From: Eledone cirrhosa
Taxonomy: Eukaryota
Reading direction: 5' to 3'
NCBI GenBank assembly: GCA_964016885.1
Contig: OZ024743.1
Coordinates: 331,886,001-331,950,000 of the forward strand
Length of the DNA stretch: 64,000 nt
How positions within the stretch are numbered: the stretch's first letter is position 1; each line of letters begins with the position of its first letter. Shown here one piece after another: positions 12,405-26,661 of the stretch. Position numbers and translations under genes: made by a program. The notes under the pieces were generated by a model. The model was not told where the DNA came from. It did not search any database and saw only the letters and a program-made list of their open reading frames with translations.

Positions 12405-12647
12405 TGAGCCTGGCGGCTCACCAGGTCAGTGCTTACCACGGTTTCCATGGCATGAAGCAACAGAGTATAAGACTCTCCTCCTGCATATGACACCAATCCA
12501 CCACAGGTTTAAACCCCCAGCTATTACTGGTACTCATTTTCAGCAGAGTATACTGGAGCAACGTGGAATGAAGTGCTTTGCTCAAGAACACAACACACAA
12601 ACTCAGTTCAGGAATTGAACCCACAACATTATGATCCTAAGTCCAAG
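12405..12647 (-). mobile_element. Old CORE-like tRNA-derived SINE
   Basis: Minus strand has ggttcaattcct (B box-like) followed by gtgttgtgttcttgagcaaagcactt. Confidence 0.6.
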
Positions 12648-12754
12648 TAAATATGGTGAGGGACCGAAGGCTACAGTATTGGCAACTGAACAGAGATAAC
12701 CTAGGGATTGAGACAACTCCTTAGTCTAGACGAATGTGATAAGCTCTCTAGTGA

Positions 12755-13030
12755 TGGTGCCATGATAAAATACACCTAATACACCCTCTAAAGTGTTAGG
12801 GTTAGTGCCACAATAAAATGCACCTGATCCACTTTGTAAAGTGGTAGCGTTGGTGCCATGATAAAACGTTTCCAGGACACACTGTAAAGTGACAATTGAT
12901 GTCATGATAAAATGCTCCCAGTACACGCTGTAAAATGACTGTATTTGTGGCATGATAAAATTACCCAGTATGCACTATAAAGTGGTGGTTTTGATGTCAT
13001 GACAAAATGCTATATACACTGTAAAGTGGT
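12755..13030 (+). repeat. ~41-bp degenerate minisatellite related to the RTE/SINE tail repeat
   Basis: About 6-7 units of tgccatgataaaatgcacccagtacacactgtaaagtg. Confidence 0.7.
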
Positions 13031-13825
13031 TGGCATTATATAAGTCATCCAAATGTCAAAACCATGCCAAAATGGAATGTATGACAATGATGTGGTCACG
13101 TGTCCTGTTTAGTCTTTAGTCTCAGTCAGAGACAACTTGTCCAATGAAAGTAAGCATGAAGAAAAGGCTGATGATGGTGATGATGAAGTGAAGTGAAGCA
13201 ATATAGTGTTAAGTGCACTGTCCAGCAACACAATGGAATATTGACTTTTGACTAATGACTTTTTCGCCTTAGAATGCAATAACTTGACCTGTTGGGCATC
13301 CCCCATTTTCAAAAGTATTGGAATTTAAGATACAATGTTTGTAGCTAATATTGAAACCACTGTTATATAGAGTTGTCTAAAATACAATGTTTTTAGCTAA
13401 TGTTAAAATCACAGTTACATAGAGATGTTGGTAATAGAAGACAGGAAATTGTCCAAGCAATGATCTAATGAATAACATCTGTTGAGAAGGTTATTGGAAG
13501 AGTTTCACTAATGGAACAAATTCTAATAAATTTAGAAAATGGTAAAACATTAAATAAACTCCTTGTTCTTCGTATTAGGTGGAACTGTAAATACTGTGTA
13601 AAATTGTGTAGTTATAATGGAAAGGAAAGGTGCCAAATGTCATATGGAACCAAGGAAACATTATTTCTATTGGTCTTTCCATTACTGATATCTGCTGGTT
13701 ATAACTTCCAGAAGGAGCAACATAGAGTAAAGTATTTTGCTCAAGAGCTCATGTGTCCTTATCCAGAAATCAAACCCACAACCTTATGATTATGAGTCTA
13801 ACACCCTAACCACTTGACCAACGGT

Positions 13826-14043
13826 TCCAGAGTTGAGTGTTCTAGTTCGATTGATGGAACAGTCTCTATGTGAAATTAACATGTAAGTGGCTGAGCATAC
13901 TACAGACACATGCACCCTTAATATACTGTTAGGGAGATTCAGAGTGATGCAGTGTACGACAAAAATGGTCCGTTGAATTACAGGTACAACTCATTTTTGT
14001 TTTGCCAGCTGAGTAGACTGGGGGCGACATGAAATAAAGAGTC
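13826..14043 (-). mobile_element. CORE-like SINE 3' portion
   Basis: Similar to 50797-51083 (agtggctgagca...agggagattcag...acaactcat...cagctgagt). Confidence 0.6.
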
Positions 14044-14325
14044 TGGTGTGGCAGGTTTGAAAAAGTATGTTTTAGTTATATATGTTACAATGTAACAGTA
14101 AATTATGTTCCATTAGAACAGGTGATTGTGTTGTGATAGTAAATGGTTATGAAAAAATATAGAGATATCAAAGTAAAGCTGAGATGGAATGGTAAACTAA
14201 CCAACATAGAAAGAATAAGAACAAAGGAAATGACTGAGGAAGAATTACTTCTTGGAGAAGAAGTAAAAAATAGGATACAAATTTATAGACAAATACAGCA
14301 CAGGATATGGAATACTGAAATAAAG

Positions 14326-14327
<2 letters not shown>

Positions 14328-14404
<77 letters not shown>

Positions 14405-14435
14405 TCTGTGTGTGTGTGTGTATGTGTGTGTGTGT
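14328..14435. repeat. (TG)n microsatellite
   Basis: Seen directly. Confidence 0.97.
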
Positions 14436-14989
14436 GAAAGTGTATATAAGTGAAAGTGTATGGACGTGTGTGCGTGAAAGTTTATATAAGTAAAAGTGTC
14501 TATGTGTATATATGTATGTGTGCATGATTAACAGAAACTGTGTATAAGAAAAAGTGTCTGTGTATATATGTATGTGTGTGTGTATAACAAAATGTGTATA
14601 AAGAGAAAATGTGTGTTTGCTGATGAACATGTATATTTCCAATATTTCAATATCACATCTAAAAAGAAGGATGCAAGAGAAAATAAAAGACAAAAGCAGG
14701 TTTTTTTAAAACTTCCTGTACCACATGAAACCACATAGTAAGACATTTTTGACTGCATCACATTAAATATTGAACTCTTTATTTTAATAATAATCATTTT
14801 CACAACAATCTCTCCTATAGTAAAGATACTATAAATATTTGAATTAACAAACTACATTTGCAAGACAATCTTGAAAAGTACAAAACAGCACTATAACTGC
14901 ATTGCATAAGAAATTATAGTCTTTACTCTAATTCTGCAAATTGTAGCACTCTGTCCACTAGTAAATATACTTTAAACATTTGAAATAAC

Positions 14990-15217
14990 AAAAAAGCACC
15001 CAGCCCACACTGTAAAGTGTTCGTGTAGGTGCCACGGAAAAAAAGCACCCAGCACTCACTGTAAATGAGGTTGGTGTTAGGAAGGGCATCAAGCCAAAAT
15101 CAGTTCCCATATGAGCAAGACAAGGGCAGCTGACTGGGCACTGCCCACAACAGGACAACCCGTCTAACCCATGCTAGCGTGAAAGAATGGGCGTAAAACG
15201 GTAATGATGATGATGGT
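14990..15217 (+). mobile_element. SINE/RTE-type 3' tail fragment
   Basis: Homologous to 140-381. Confidence 0.75.
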
Positions 15218-15504
15218 GAAACCCACCTAATTGAATATTTTCTATTAAATCATTACAGAATGTCCAATTGATGAAAATTTTGTTGATCTCATTTTCAAAA
15301 AATTTAATCAGTTTTCCATGAAAAATTACCAAACAACACCTGTTGATGTTCTTCACATTTTACCTGTTTGTTGTTGTTGTTAACATTCTTACTCTAAAAC
15401 TATATTACGTGTTCCAGTCGACAGTCGACAGGCTGAGGCCATGCTGGGGCACAGCCATTTTTATAAAGTTTTCATTATTTTTTTATCATTTCACATGACA
15501 CCAT

Positions 15505-16385
15505 ACCTGTTCATTTAGTGACACTGAGAGATAAGGCCCACATCTATTCATCTGGTGGCATTAAGTAATAATTATCACATCTGTTCGTCTGGTGGCATTG
15601 AGTGATAATTCTCACATTAGTTCATCTGGTGGCACTGAGTGACAACACCCACATTTGTTCATCTGGTAGCACTAAGCAATAATCCTCACATCTGTTTATC
15701 TGGTGGCATGGAGTATAATTCTCATATCTGTTCATCTGGTAGCACTATGTGATAATTCTCACATCTTTTAATCAGGTGGCACTGGGTGATAATGCCCACA
15801 TCTGTTTATATGGTGGAACTGAATGATAACACCCACATCTTCTCACCTGGTGGCAGAGATTGATAACACATATGTTCATCTAATGTTACTGATCAATAAC
15901 ACACACAACTGCTCATCTGGTGGAACTACCTTCCATCTGTTCATTTGGGAGCACACATTGATAACACTTAAAACTACATATCTGGTGTCACAATTGCACA
16001 TCTGTTTCATCTTTTAGAACTGATTGATAATACAACTGCTCATTTGGTGGAACTAGTGCACCACTGTTCATTTGGTGGCATTAATTCACAACACCCACAA
16101 CTGTTCACCTGGTGACATTACTTTACAACCTTCACATTCACAACTGTTCACCTGGTGGCTTTAATTCACAACACTCACAACTGTTCATCTGGTGGCATTA
16201 ATTCACAACCCTCACAACTGTTCACCTGGTGGCATTAATTCACAATACCCACAACTGTTCAACTGGTGGCATTACTTCACAACACTCACAACTGTTCATC
16301 TGGTGGCATTAATTCACAATACCCACAACTGTTCAACTGGTGAGATTAATTCACAACCCTCACAACTGTTCAATTGGTGGAACTT
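15505..16385. repeat. 37-bp minisatellite with two sub-arrays
   Basis: Units such as ttaattcacaacactcacaactgttcatctggtggca; period 37 (16161 to 16198). Confidence 0.9.
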
Positions 16386-17569
16386 ATTGTTGCCATCAAT
16401 CTAAAGCCAACCCAGTTCTTAAATTTTTATTTTGTGTCAGTGAAATTAATTGAAGCCTTCACCAGCAGGGAAAGCAGACGTTAAAATGACAATGATGACG
16501 ATGATGATAACAGTACAATACCAGTAATTGTTTGTCCGATTTAGATTTTCTTAAAACCCAATAACATAAAAACAACAAAGATAAAATATAGAATTTTAAA
16601 GAATTTCCTCCTGAAAGAATAATATAAGTTCATTCTTCTGAAATAATGCCTTTTTGGTAAAAACAAAAACAAAATCAAATAAAAAATCTGAAAAAATGTT
16701 CAGTATTCTACCGGTAATAATAATTTGTGGCTATTCATTTCATTCGTGATTTATCCTGTTAGAGAAAATATTTAGAAATCCCCAAATATATGGCTTCCAT
16801 GATGGAAAACATTAATTCTTGTTTTTCCTATTATGAATCATTTTTTATATGGAATACATTGTGACAATTCTCTGGTCTGGTTCATTTGAAAACATTAAGG
16901 GAATGGAACATTTCAATAGCAAAGCCACATGGGAGATAATTCCCAGCATGCAACTGTTAAGAATAGCTTAATATTCAGATAATTAGCTCATTATGCCTTT
17001 CATTTACAATGGTGATGTTAAGCATGCACAATATTTTCTTTCTTGATCATAAAAGAATATGGTGCCAATAAAGTGAATGTGAAAACAATCACAAGTTTTG
17101 GAACAATTCTTGAACTATGTACAAGACAATTCTCATTTCTACCTACCATTATCTAGAAAAGAGAAATGACAAAAGAAAAATATATATATCATTTTATATT
17201 CTTGTCTGGTTTCATAAATTTCCAAAGAAATAAATAAAGATTGAGAATTTTAAATTTCTGCTATGATAAAACACAACCAGTACACACTGTAAAGTGGTTG
17301 GTGATAGGAAAGCATCCAACCAGAGAAAACTTGCCAAACACAAAGTTGAGAGGACTTTTGTTGTGTAAAAAAGATAACCTCCCTAGTGCTGGTGCCATGC
17401 ACCCTGTACACTCTAGAGTTCGAGAATGTATGTAGAGGAGATTGCGAACCCCTGCCCATCTGAGAGGTCTGTGACTCCCGTTACATATTGAATTTGTCTG
17501 TGGTGACATGTCTAACCCTTGCTAGCAAAAAAAATAAAGTTGTTTAGCCCTAGGTCAATGCGTATCAAT

Positions 17570-18145
17570 GGAACTACACAAAACATGTATACAAAACACA
17601 TAAGTTGTGTACACAATATACATTAGATGTGTACATAAAACATTAGATATCTATACAAAAATGTATGAATGTGTATACACAACTTACTAGATAGTTACAC
17701 AAAAGATATAGACAAAATATACTAAATGTGAACACAAAATTTGCTGAACATGTAAACAAAATTCAATAAGTGTTCATAAAGATGTGTTGAAAAAACACAC
17801 TAAATGAGTTTAGAAATTTTACTGAACATGTACACAAAATACAATAAAAGAGTTTACAAAGATAGGTGCGTAGACAAAACACACAAGATGTATACATAAT
17901 TCATTGAACATATTACACAAAATTCAATAAAAGTGTTCACAATGGTGTGTAGGTAAACATACTAGATGTATACAACATTCACTGAACATGTTCACAAAAT
18001 TCAATAAAAGTATTCACAAAGCTAGGTGCATAGACAAAACACACACGATGTGTACATAATTCATTGAACATATACACAAAATTGAATAAAAGTGTTAACA
18101 GAGATAGATATATATAGACAAAACTCATGAAAGGTGTATATAAAA
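17570..18145. repeat. ~80-bp degenerate tandem repeat
   Basis: a(c/t)tgaacat recurs at about 17821, 17903, 17981 and 18063. Confidence 0.7.
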
Positions 18146-18667
18146 TGAGAATTTCATCTTAGTTGAACGAGTAAGTATATTTTCACTGGTCTACAATTAT
18201 TCATCCGGATATTGTATTGGAAAGTAATATTCTAAAGTCTACGACCACAATTCAATAATTCTTTTGGTAAGTTTAAAAGACATTGCAATGATTGAGAGAA
18301 ATCTCTAAAGTAATATTTGATGCTATTTCCATTATGTTAATGAATATTTTATAGATTTCTTCCAAATTTCAATTTATTTCTTCAAAATATAAATTGCAAC
18401 AAGACAATTTTCGGGGAAGGCAGACAGTAGTGAATTGCAATCAAAACACATCAAAATGATAATAGTATTGTGGTGTAATCAGTCAGAGAAGAGAATATTA
18501 TTTCCCTCATAAATATTAGTGACTTCTAGGTTAGAAGAATTTATATATTTTCTAAACCTAACTACATACAACTTTTAATTTATTAAAGGCAAAATGAAAA
18601 TCCTGATCTTTTTCCTGATGAGATTTTTATCATTTCCCAGGCAATAAAATGTATATACTGCAATTTA

Positions 18668-18719
<52 letters not shown>

Positions 18720-19225
18720 GTATACATACATACACACACAAACACATATATACATACACACACATGGATATATATATATATATACACACACATAAATCTA
18801 CACACAATCATACATATATACATACATACAAACATGTACACATACATATATACATACATACCCACACACATATATATATATACACACACATATATATATA
18901 TACACACAGACATACACACACACACACATATATATGTGTGTGTGTCTGTTGTACTGGTTGAATGTAAATCATGTAAAAGCTTTCTTTTATCTTCAACTGA
19001 GAATGTTCCCTTCAAAATACCATCACAAGTCAAATAACATGCTGTATGGCTCTCTCTCTCTCCCTCTCTCATATTTTCTGTCTCACTCCATCTATTTATA
19101 CCTCCAAGTCAAATAACATGCTCTACAGCTCTCTCTCTCTCTCTTTCCTATTGTCCTGACAACCCGTCTAACTCATGCAAGCACGGAAAAATAGACATTA
19201 AATGGTGATAATGTTGATATATATA

Positions 19226-19484
19226 TCACCTTGACCGACCAGTCTGTCGGGCGTCCATTCGGCACCGCTGGTCACAGGACGTCATGCTGTTTTAGCCATA
19301 AGATAACGCAATCGCACTGGGTGGGCGGGCAGGCCGGTACCTCCTCATCTCATTTCTACAGCTGAGTAAACTGGAGCAACGTGAAATAAAGTGTCTTGCT
19401 CAAGGAAACAACACATCACCCGGTCCACTCACAACCTTTCGATTGCAAGCCCAATGCTCTAACCACTAAGCCTTGTGCCTTCAC
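19226..19484 (-). mobile_element. CORE-like tRNA-derived SINE with an alternative 3' tail
   Basis: Head and core are the reverse complement of 20066-20200; the tail (19226-19345) is different. Confidence 0.75.
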
Positions 19485-19652
19485 TATATATATATATAGA
19501 GAGATATATATATATATAGGCTTGTCTGTCAAGCTATCTAACATATGTTTTTACTCTAAGGTGACACAACCTTATCGAATGATTTGCTGCACATTCCTAA
19601 TTGTATATCGTTAGCTTGGCCACAGCCAAAACTTCGGTTTTACTAAACTTCG

Positions 19653-19735
<83 letters not shown>

Positions 19736-20013
19736 GTCCACGTGCCTGAATGAAGGGCCAATTTAAAAGTGCCTCCTCCAATATACAGTAGCGGCCATAA
19801 CAGGACCCCAAAACCTATAGTAGCACATACATGTTAAGTGTATGAGACTTTGTTTATGCTATATATATATGTGTGTGTGTGTATATATATATATCATCAT
19901 CATTTAACATCCATCTTCCACGCTAGCATAGGTTAGATGGGTTAGTCCCATTTGAGGCAAGTTTCGTCGGGTGACTGTATCTCACTCATGTTTTTGGCTG
20001 ATTTATTTTTATT

Positions 20014-20057
<44 letters not shown>

Positions 20058-20065
20058 TATATAAT

Positions 20066-20439
20066 GGAGACATGGCTTAGTGGTTAGAGCATTGGCCTAG
20101 GTTGTGAGTTCAATTCTCAGACCGGGTGATGTGTTGTGTCCTTGAGCAAGACACTTTATTTCACATTGCTCCAGTTTACTCAGCTGTAGAAATGAGATGA
20201 TAGGGACCCCAGTCCCTATCATTCCACTGCAAAGTGGACGTGTAGGCACCACGGCAAAAAAGTACCCAGCCCACACTGTAAAGTGGACGTGTAGGCGCCA
20301 CGGAAAAAAAGCACCCAGCACTCACTGTAAATGAGGTTGGTGTTAGGAAGGGCATCCAGCTGTAGAAATCAAGCCAGAATCAGTTCCCATCCCACCCTTG
20401 CAAGCAGGGAAAAGGGGACGTAAAATGATGATGATGATG
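20066..20439 (+). mobile_element. CORE-like tRNA-derived SINE with RTE-derived 3' tail
   Basis: A box tggcttagtgg, B box gagttcaattct, CORE-like tgtgtccttgagcaagacactt, tail shared with the RTE 3' UTR, (GAT)n end. Confidence 0.85.
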
Positions 20440-20446
20440 GTATATA

Positions 20447-20477
<31 letters not shown>

Positions 20478-20478
20478 G

Positions 20479-20534
<56 letters not shown>

Positions 20535-20589
20535 ATATATATATATATATTTAAAATTAGGATTGGTGCTCTGAAATAGCAATGTATAC

Positions 20590-20939
20590 ATGAATGTATG
20601 TATAGTATATTTGGCAATATACCGTATGTTTAATTAAAAACATTTAGAAGACCTTGCACCATCATTTTTAAAGTAGTGACTATGTCTTTTTTCGGCAAAG
20701 GAAGTTCCTGATTATTACTGGAATTCTATAAGAATCCAGTCTCTATAATTTTAGGTGGAGGCGGGGAGTACGTTGCTCTGAGGATAACCAACAGTGTGAA
20801 ACAGAATCTGTCAGCTTCTCTCCCTTCCTTTGCCGAAAAAAAGACATAGTCACTACTTTAAAAATGATAGTGCAAGGTCTTCAAAATGTTTTTAATTAAA
20901 CATATGGTATATTGCCAAATATACTATACATACATTCAT
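20590..20939. mobile_element. MITE/foldback element with ~115-bp terminal inverted repeats
   Basis: 20590-20704 is the near-exact reverse complement of 20824-20939. Confidence 0.8.
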
Positions 20940-21091
20940 ATTTATATATATATATATACACACACACATAAAATATATATACACACACACACAAAATATA
21001 TATACACACACACACAAAATATATATACACACTTACACACACACACACGCACACATATATATATATTATATATTATAGATATGCATACATA

Positions 21092-21301
21092 CATGCAATA
21101 AGTATTGTTCATGTTTACATATGATACCTCCATTTGCTGAAATACATTGGAATGCCACAGGCAAAAAGAAATATAAACCATATATATACATATATATATA
21201 TATATACACATATAGTATATAGTTTATATATCATTTGCCTGTGGCATTCCAATATATTTCAGCAAACGTCATAAGTAAACATGAAGAATATTTATTGCAT
21301 G
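21092..21301. mobile_element. Palindromic MITE-like hairpin
   Basis: tttgctgaaatacattggaatgccacaggcaaa pairs with tttgcctgtggcattccaatatatttcagcaaa; outer arms also pair. Confidence 0.75.
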
Positions 21302-22453
21302 AAGAGTTCCTCCAAAGAAATCTTACCAATTCTATATTAGATGCAGTCCCATATTTCTGGCAGATTTACTTCTAGACTCTTACAAAACTTAACCTTCAAA
21401 AATTAACTGTATATTTTGTATTTTAGATTTAGTTATTTACAATAAAGTATGTGATTAGAATGTTTCAGGAAAGAATCACTGAACCGATTTTATGGGCAAA
21501 ACCAACTGACAGGAGACCTTGAGCAAGATGGTTGGATAATATCCACTAGCTTGGCTGGTCTTGCTTGGGGATCCAGCTGGATCAGATGGAGTTGGTTGCT
21601 TCTGACAGGAACTGCTAGAGTGTTTGAGGACAAAGTTAATTACAAGATGGTGGGTGCAGTGTGGCCCAATGGTGTAAAGATTTACTTTACAATCTTGACC
21701 TTCTAGGTTCAATCCCATGGTGAGATATCTTCATATACTGGAGTAACATGAAATAAAGTGTTTTACGCAACACAACACACAACCCAGCCCAGGAATCAAA
21801 CCCACATCATTATGATCGTAAGTCCAACACCCTTACCACTAGGCCACACACCTCCACTAATGATCAGTCACTTACACTATAATACAAGATGGACTGTAAC
21901 TGTAATTTAATGTGGCAGCCATGTCACACACTGTATCACTGAATCTCCCTGAGAACTATTCTAAGGGTTCATGTGTCTATGGAATGCTCTGCCACTTACA
22001 CATTAGTTAAATGAGTATGCAGTAACATTGGTTAAATAACAGGAACCCTCATTGTTGAAAACAACAGGGCTCCATTGCAACAACTTTGTCTAAGTTTCTA
22101 GAATTTTGTCCATTCTTCTGATGCCAAAATAATGGAATAGTAAAAAACAATCAAAAGACAGATTCTATAGCTTGGATTATTCAATATTTTACATGATGAA
22201 CTGGCAGAATTGATAAAACAAAGGATAAAATACTTTGCTATATTTGTTCTGGATCTCTGCTATCTGAGTTCAAATCCAGTTACATACAACATTAACCTGT
22301 AGAGTCAATAAAATAAATTACAAGTCAAAGTTGAGGGGATTGGGATTGGCAGAATTATTAGAGATTAGAAGACATGATTTGTGTATTCATTTTGTCACCC
22401 TCTTCAGTTTGGGGGGGGGGGGGTGATTTTTTGCATTCTAAGTTCAAATCCTC

Positions 22454-24613
22454 GGGTGGTAGACTTAATCTGTCACCTGGTTTAACAACACCACCACCAC
22501 CTGGTCCTAGGGTGGTAGACTTAATCTGTCACCCAGTTTAACACCACCACCTGGTCCTTAGATGGTAGACTTAATCTGTCACCCAGTTTAACACCACCAC
22601 CTGGTCCTAGCGTGGTACACTTAATCTGTCACCTGGTTTAACACTACCACCAGGTCTTTGGGTGGTAGACTTAATTTGTCACCTGGTTTAACACCACCAC
22701 CACCTGGTCTTTGGGTGGTAGACTTAATCTGTCACCTGGTTTAACACCACCACCTGGTCCTAGGGTGGTAGACTTAATATGTCACCTGGTTTAACAACAC
22801 CACCACCTGGTCCTAGGGTGGTAGACTTAATCTGTCACCCAGTTTAACACCACCACCTGGTCCTTGGGTGGTAGACTTAATCTGTCACCTGGTTTAACAC
22901 CACCAACTGGTCCTAGGGTTGTAGACTTAATCTGTCACTTGGTTTAACACCACCACCTCGTCCTAGAGTAGTAGACTTAATTTGTCACCTGGTTTAACAC
23001 CACCACCACCTGGGCCTAGGGTGGTAGACTTAATCTGTCACCAGTTTAACACCACCACCTGGTCCTTGGCTGGTAGACTTAATCTGTCACCTGGTTTAAC
23101 ACCACCACTTGGTCCTAAGGTGGTAGACTTAATCTGTCACCTGGTTTAACACCACCACCTGGTCCTTTGGTGGTAGAGTTAATCTGTCACCTGGTTAACA
23201 CCACCACCACCACCTGGTCCTAGGGTGGTAGACTTAATCTGTCACCTCGTTTAACACCACCACCTGGTCCTAGGGTGGTAGACTTAATCTGTCACCTGGT
23301 TTAACACCACCACCTGGTCCTAGGGTGGTAGACTTAATCTGTCACCTGGTTTAACACCACCAACTGGTCCTAGGGTGGTAGACTTAATCTGTCACCTGGT
23401 TTAACACCACCAACTGGTCCTAGGGTGGTAGACTTAATCTGTCACCTGGTTTAACACCACCACTTGGTCCTAGGGTAGTAGACTTAATCTGTCACCTGGT
23501 TTAACACCACCACCACCTGGTCCTAGGGTGGTAGACTTAATCTGTCACCCAGTTTAACACCATCACTTGGTCCTAGGGTGGTAGACTTAATCTGTCACCC
23601 AGTTTAACACCACCACCTGGTCCTAGGGTGGTAGACTTAATCTGTCACCCAGTTTAACACCACCACCTGGTCCTAGGGTGGTAGACTTAATCTGTCACCC
23701 AGTTTAACACCACCACCTGGTCCTAGGGTGGTAGACTTAATCTGTCACCTGGTTTAACACCACCACCTGGTCCTAGGGTGGTAGACTTAATCTGTCACCT
23801 GGTTTAACACCACCACCACCTGGTCATAGGGTGGTAGACTTAATCTGTCACCCAGTTTAACACCACCACCTGGTCCTTGGGTGGTAGACTTAACCTGTCA
23901 CCTGGTTTAACACCACCACCTGGTCATAGGGTGGTAGACTTAATCTGTCACCCAGTTTAACACCACCACTTGGTCCTAGGGTTTTAGACTTAATCTGTCA
24001 CCTGGTTTAACACCACCACCACCTGGTCCTAGGGTGGTAGACTTAATCTGTCACCCAGTTTAACACCACCACCACCTGGTCCTAGGGTGGTAGACTTAAT
24101 CTGTCACCTGGTTTAACACCACCACCTGGTCCTTGGGTGGTAGACTTAATCTGTCACCTGGTTTAACACCACCACCACCTGGTCCTAGGGTGGTAGACTT
24201 AATCTGTCACCTGGTTTAACACCACCACCACCTGGTCCTAGGGTGGTAGACTTAATCTGTCACCTGGTTTAACACCACCACCACCTGGTCCTAGGGTGGT
24301 AGACTTAATCTGTCACCCAGTTTAACACCACCACCACCTGGTCCTAGGGTGGTAGACTTAATCTGTCACCTGGTTTAACACCACCACCTGGTCCTTGGGT
24401 GGTAGACTTAATCTGTCACCTGGTTTAACACCACCACCACCTGGTCCTAGGGTGGTAGACTTAATCTGTCACCCAGTTTAACACCACCACCTGGTCCTTG
24501 GGTGGTAGACTTAATCTGTCATCTGGTATAACACCACCACCGCCTGCTCCTAGGGTGGTAGACTTAATCTGTCACCTGGTTTAACACCACCATCTGGTCC
24601 TTTGGTGGTAGAT
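22454..24613. repeat. 50/53-bp minisatellite, about 42-43 copies
   Basis: Unit ggtggtagacttaatctgtcacctggtttaacaccaccacctggtcctag; variants differ by one CAC and a few substitutions. Confidence 0.97.
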
Positions 24614-25618
24614 AATGTGTGACAGAAGAGCTTTGACAGTTAAATATGACAAACAACCAGGAATGGATTAGTTGCCTAACTAATAATAAAACTGAAATGA
24701 AATTCAACTGGCGCATATGTTTCTATTGCCAGCATGAGCCTCCCAAGGTATAATAATAAAAGTAAAAATTCAGTGCATCTTCAAATCTCATTGGTACTTT
24801 GCTGGGCTATTTCAACCATACCTCTGCTTTTAGTGGTTTATATCCCATTTTTTCTTAATTAAGCAGGGGTGGGGGTCACTATTTTGTAGAGAACAAACAT
24901 TGTGTTATATAAACCACATGACAAAATACGACAGTACAAGTTCATACCATTTGCATGTTGAAAATATAGTTTTCCATTTTCATTACATTTGTCTACACTG
25001 ATACGTTGCAAAATACCTACATACACACATATACATACATACACCTACACACACCTGCACCAGTTGAAATACCACCCATAGGGCGGCACTTTTGCTAGTG
25101 TTGAATACATTTTTCTTCCCCAATTTTACACTATTAACTGATTTTTATTGCCTTGTCATTAATAATATCAATTGTTTAAGTAAATTACATCTTATTAATA
25201 TATTGATATGCTGAATGTAAACATGCACATTAGTTAGACAGGGTATGTATATCCGATCCATTTTATGCCCATATTTATGTTTATTATATAGAAATCCAAC
25301 TCTTAAACAATCCTACAATATTAATCAAAGTTTTATTGAGTTTGGCAATTCTGGCAAATCTAAGAGATTTACACAAATTGTTGGAATATTTAAGTTCATA
25401 TAGCTAACACCAATCAATAAACTGCAGAATAGAAGTGATATGTTATCTTCCACCTAGACATATACAGTAATAATATCTTCCCCAAGGTCACAATACAATG
25501 TCATTGGAGGATTTTGAACTTAAGATATACAATTAACTACACCAGCATTTTGAAACAAACCACCAACAATACTCTTATTGCTATACTATCTAGTCTAAAA
25601 GATCCATAAACTCTTAGC

Positions 25619-25829
25619 TTAACCCTTTAGCATTTACTACATTTACTATTTTATTTTTGTGGTAACAGCTTTATCTTACATAATATCTCACATAATATCG
25701 AATCTACGATATTTTGATGTTATTTATTTTAAGAATGATACCTTAACATCAGTATGAGCAGCCAGTTACAACCAGTTTGAACAGAAAGAGGTGAGAGAAT
25801 TCTGGCCGGTTTAAATGCTAAAGAGTTAA
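25619..25829. mobile_element. TTAA-flanked (piggyBac-type) MITE
   Basis: TTAA-ccctttagcattt...aaatgctaaagag-TTAA; an inverted second copy lies at 43692-43922. Confidence 0.75.
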
Positions 25830-26441
25830 GCCTTGTTTCTGTGATATCTAAGGTTTTTATCATTGGTTTTATAGAGATGAGATAGTGAACATGCATGACA
25901 TTGTGGTTAGAATGTTGGTCACAAAGTCGAGGTTTCAATTCCTAGCACAGACATCAGATTGTGTCTTTGAGCAAGACAATTCATTTGACATTGCTCCAGT
26001 CCAGTCAACTAAAAACATAATGAGTATAGGATCCCTATCATTAGAATATCCAAAAAACCTCTTATGATAGATAACCTCATAGGTGGCCAGCTAAACATAT
26101 ATAAATGTGAACTGCAAACAGCAACATGGTAGGACTGGAGCCTATCAAAATCAGTTGTGGTCCCATGGTCAGGTGATTAGCCCTGGTCATTTGTGAGATT
26201 AGAACCCAGAACACAATCTTTCAGAACAAATACTATGTCATCTCATCCAATACACTAACACCACCACCAATCCACCACCATGGACCGGTAGTGCATTGTG
26301 TCAAACAAAATGGATGAAAAGCAAAGTTGACTTTGACAAGATTTGAACTCAGAAAGTTGAGACCCAGAACAAATGTCACAAGATATCTTAACCAGTGTCC
26401 AAATGTCTAACATTACTACCACACTATTTCTACAAGACACA

Positions 26442-26661
26442 AGGGCAGTGGATTGGCAGCATTGGTAGAGCGTCAGACAACATGCTTTGCGGCATACAGT
26501 TACATTGCTTTATGTTCTGAGTCCAAATCCCATTGAAGTTAACTTTGCCTTTTATCTTTACAGGGTCAATAAAATAAAGTACCAGTAATACACTGGAAGT
26601 GATTTAATCGACTTCCTCCACCAAAATTGTTGGGTTTGTGTCTAAATCAAAAACCATTATT
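26442..26661 (+). mobile_element. tRNA-derived SINE (ATT-tail family), diverged
   Basis: gtggattggcag...ctgagtccaaatccc...aactttgcctttt...aataaaataaagtaccagt. Confidence 0.75.

Noticed and set aside
15540-16385. Chi-like CTGGTGG motifs in the 37-bp minisatellite
   Set aside because: Only a 7/8 match, and Chi has no established role in this context
22454-24613. CRISPR-like appearance of the regular, partly palindromic 50-bp array
   Set aside because: No unique spacers, no cas genes and a eukaryotic context; it is a minisatellite
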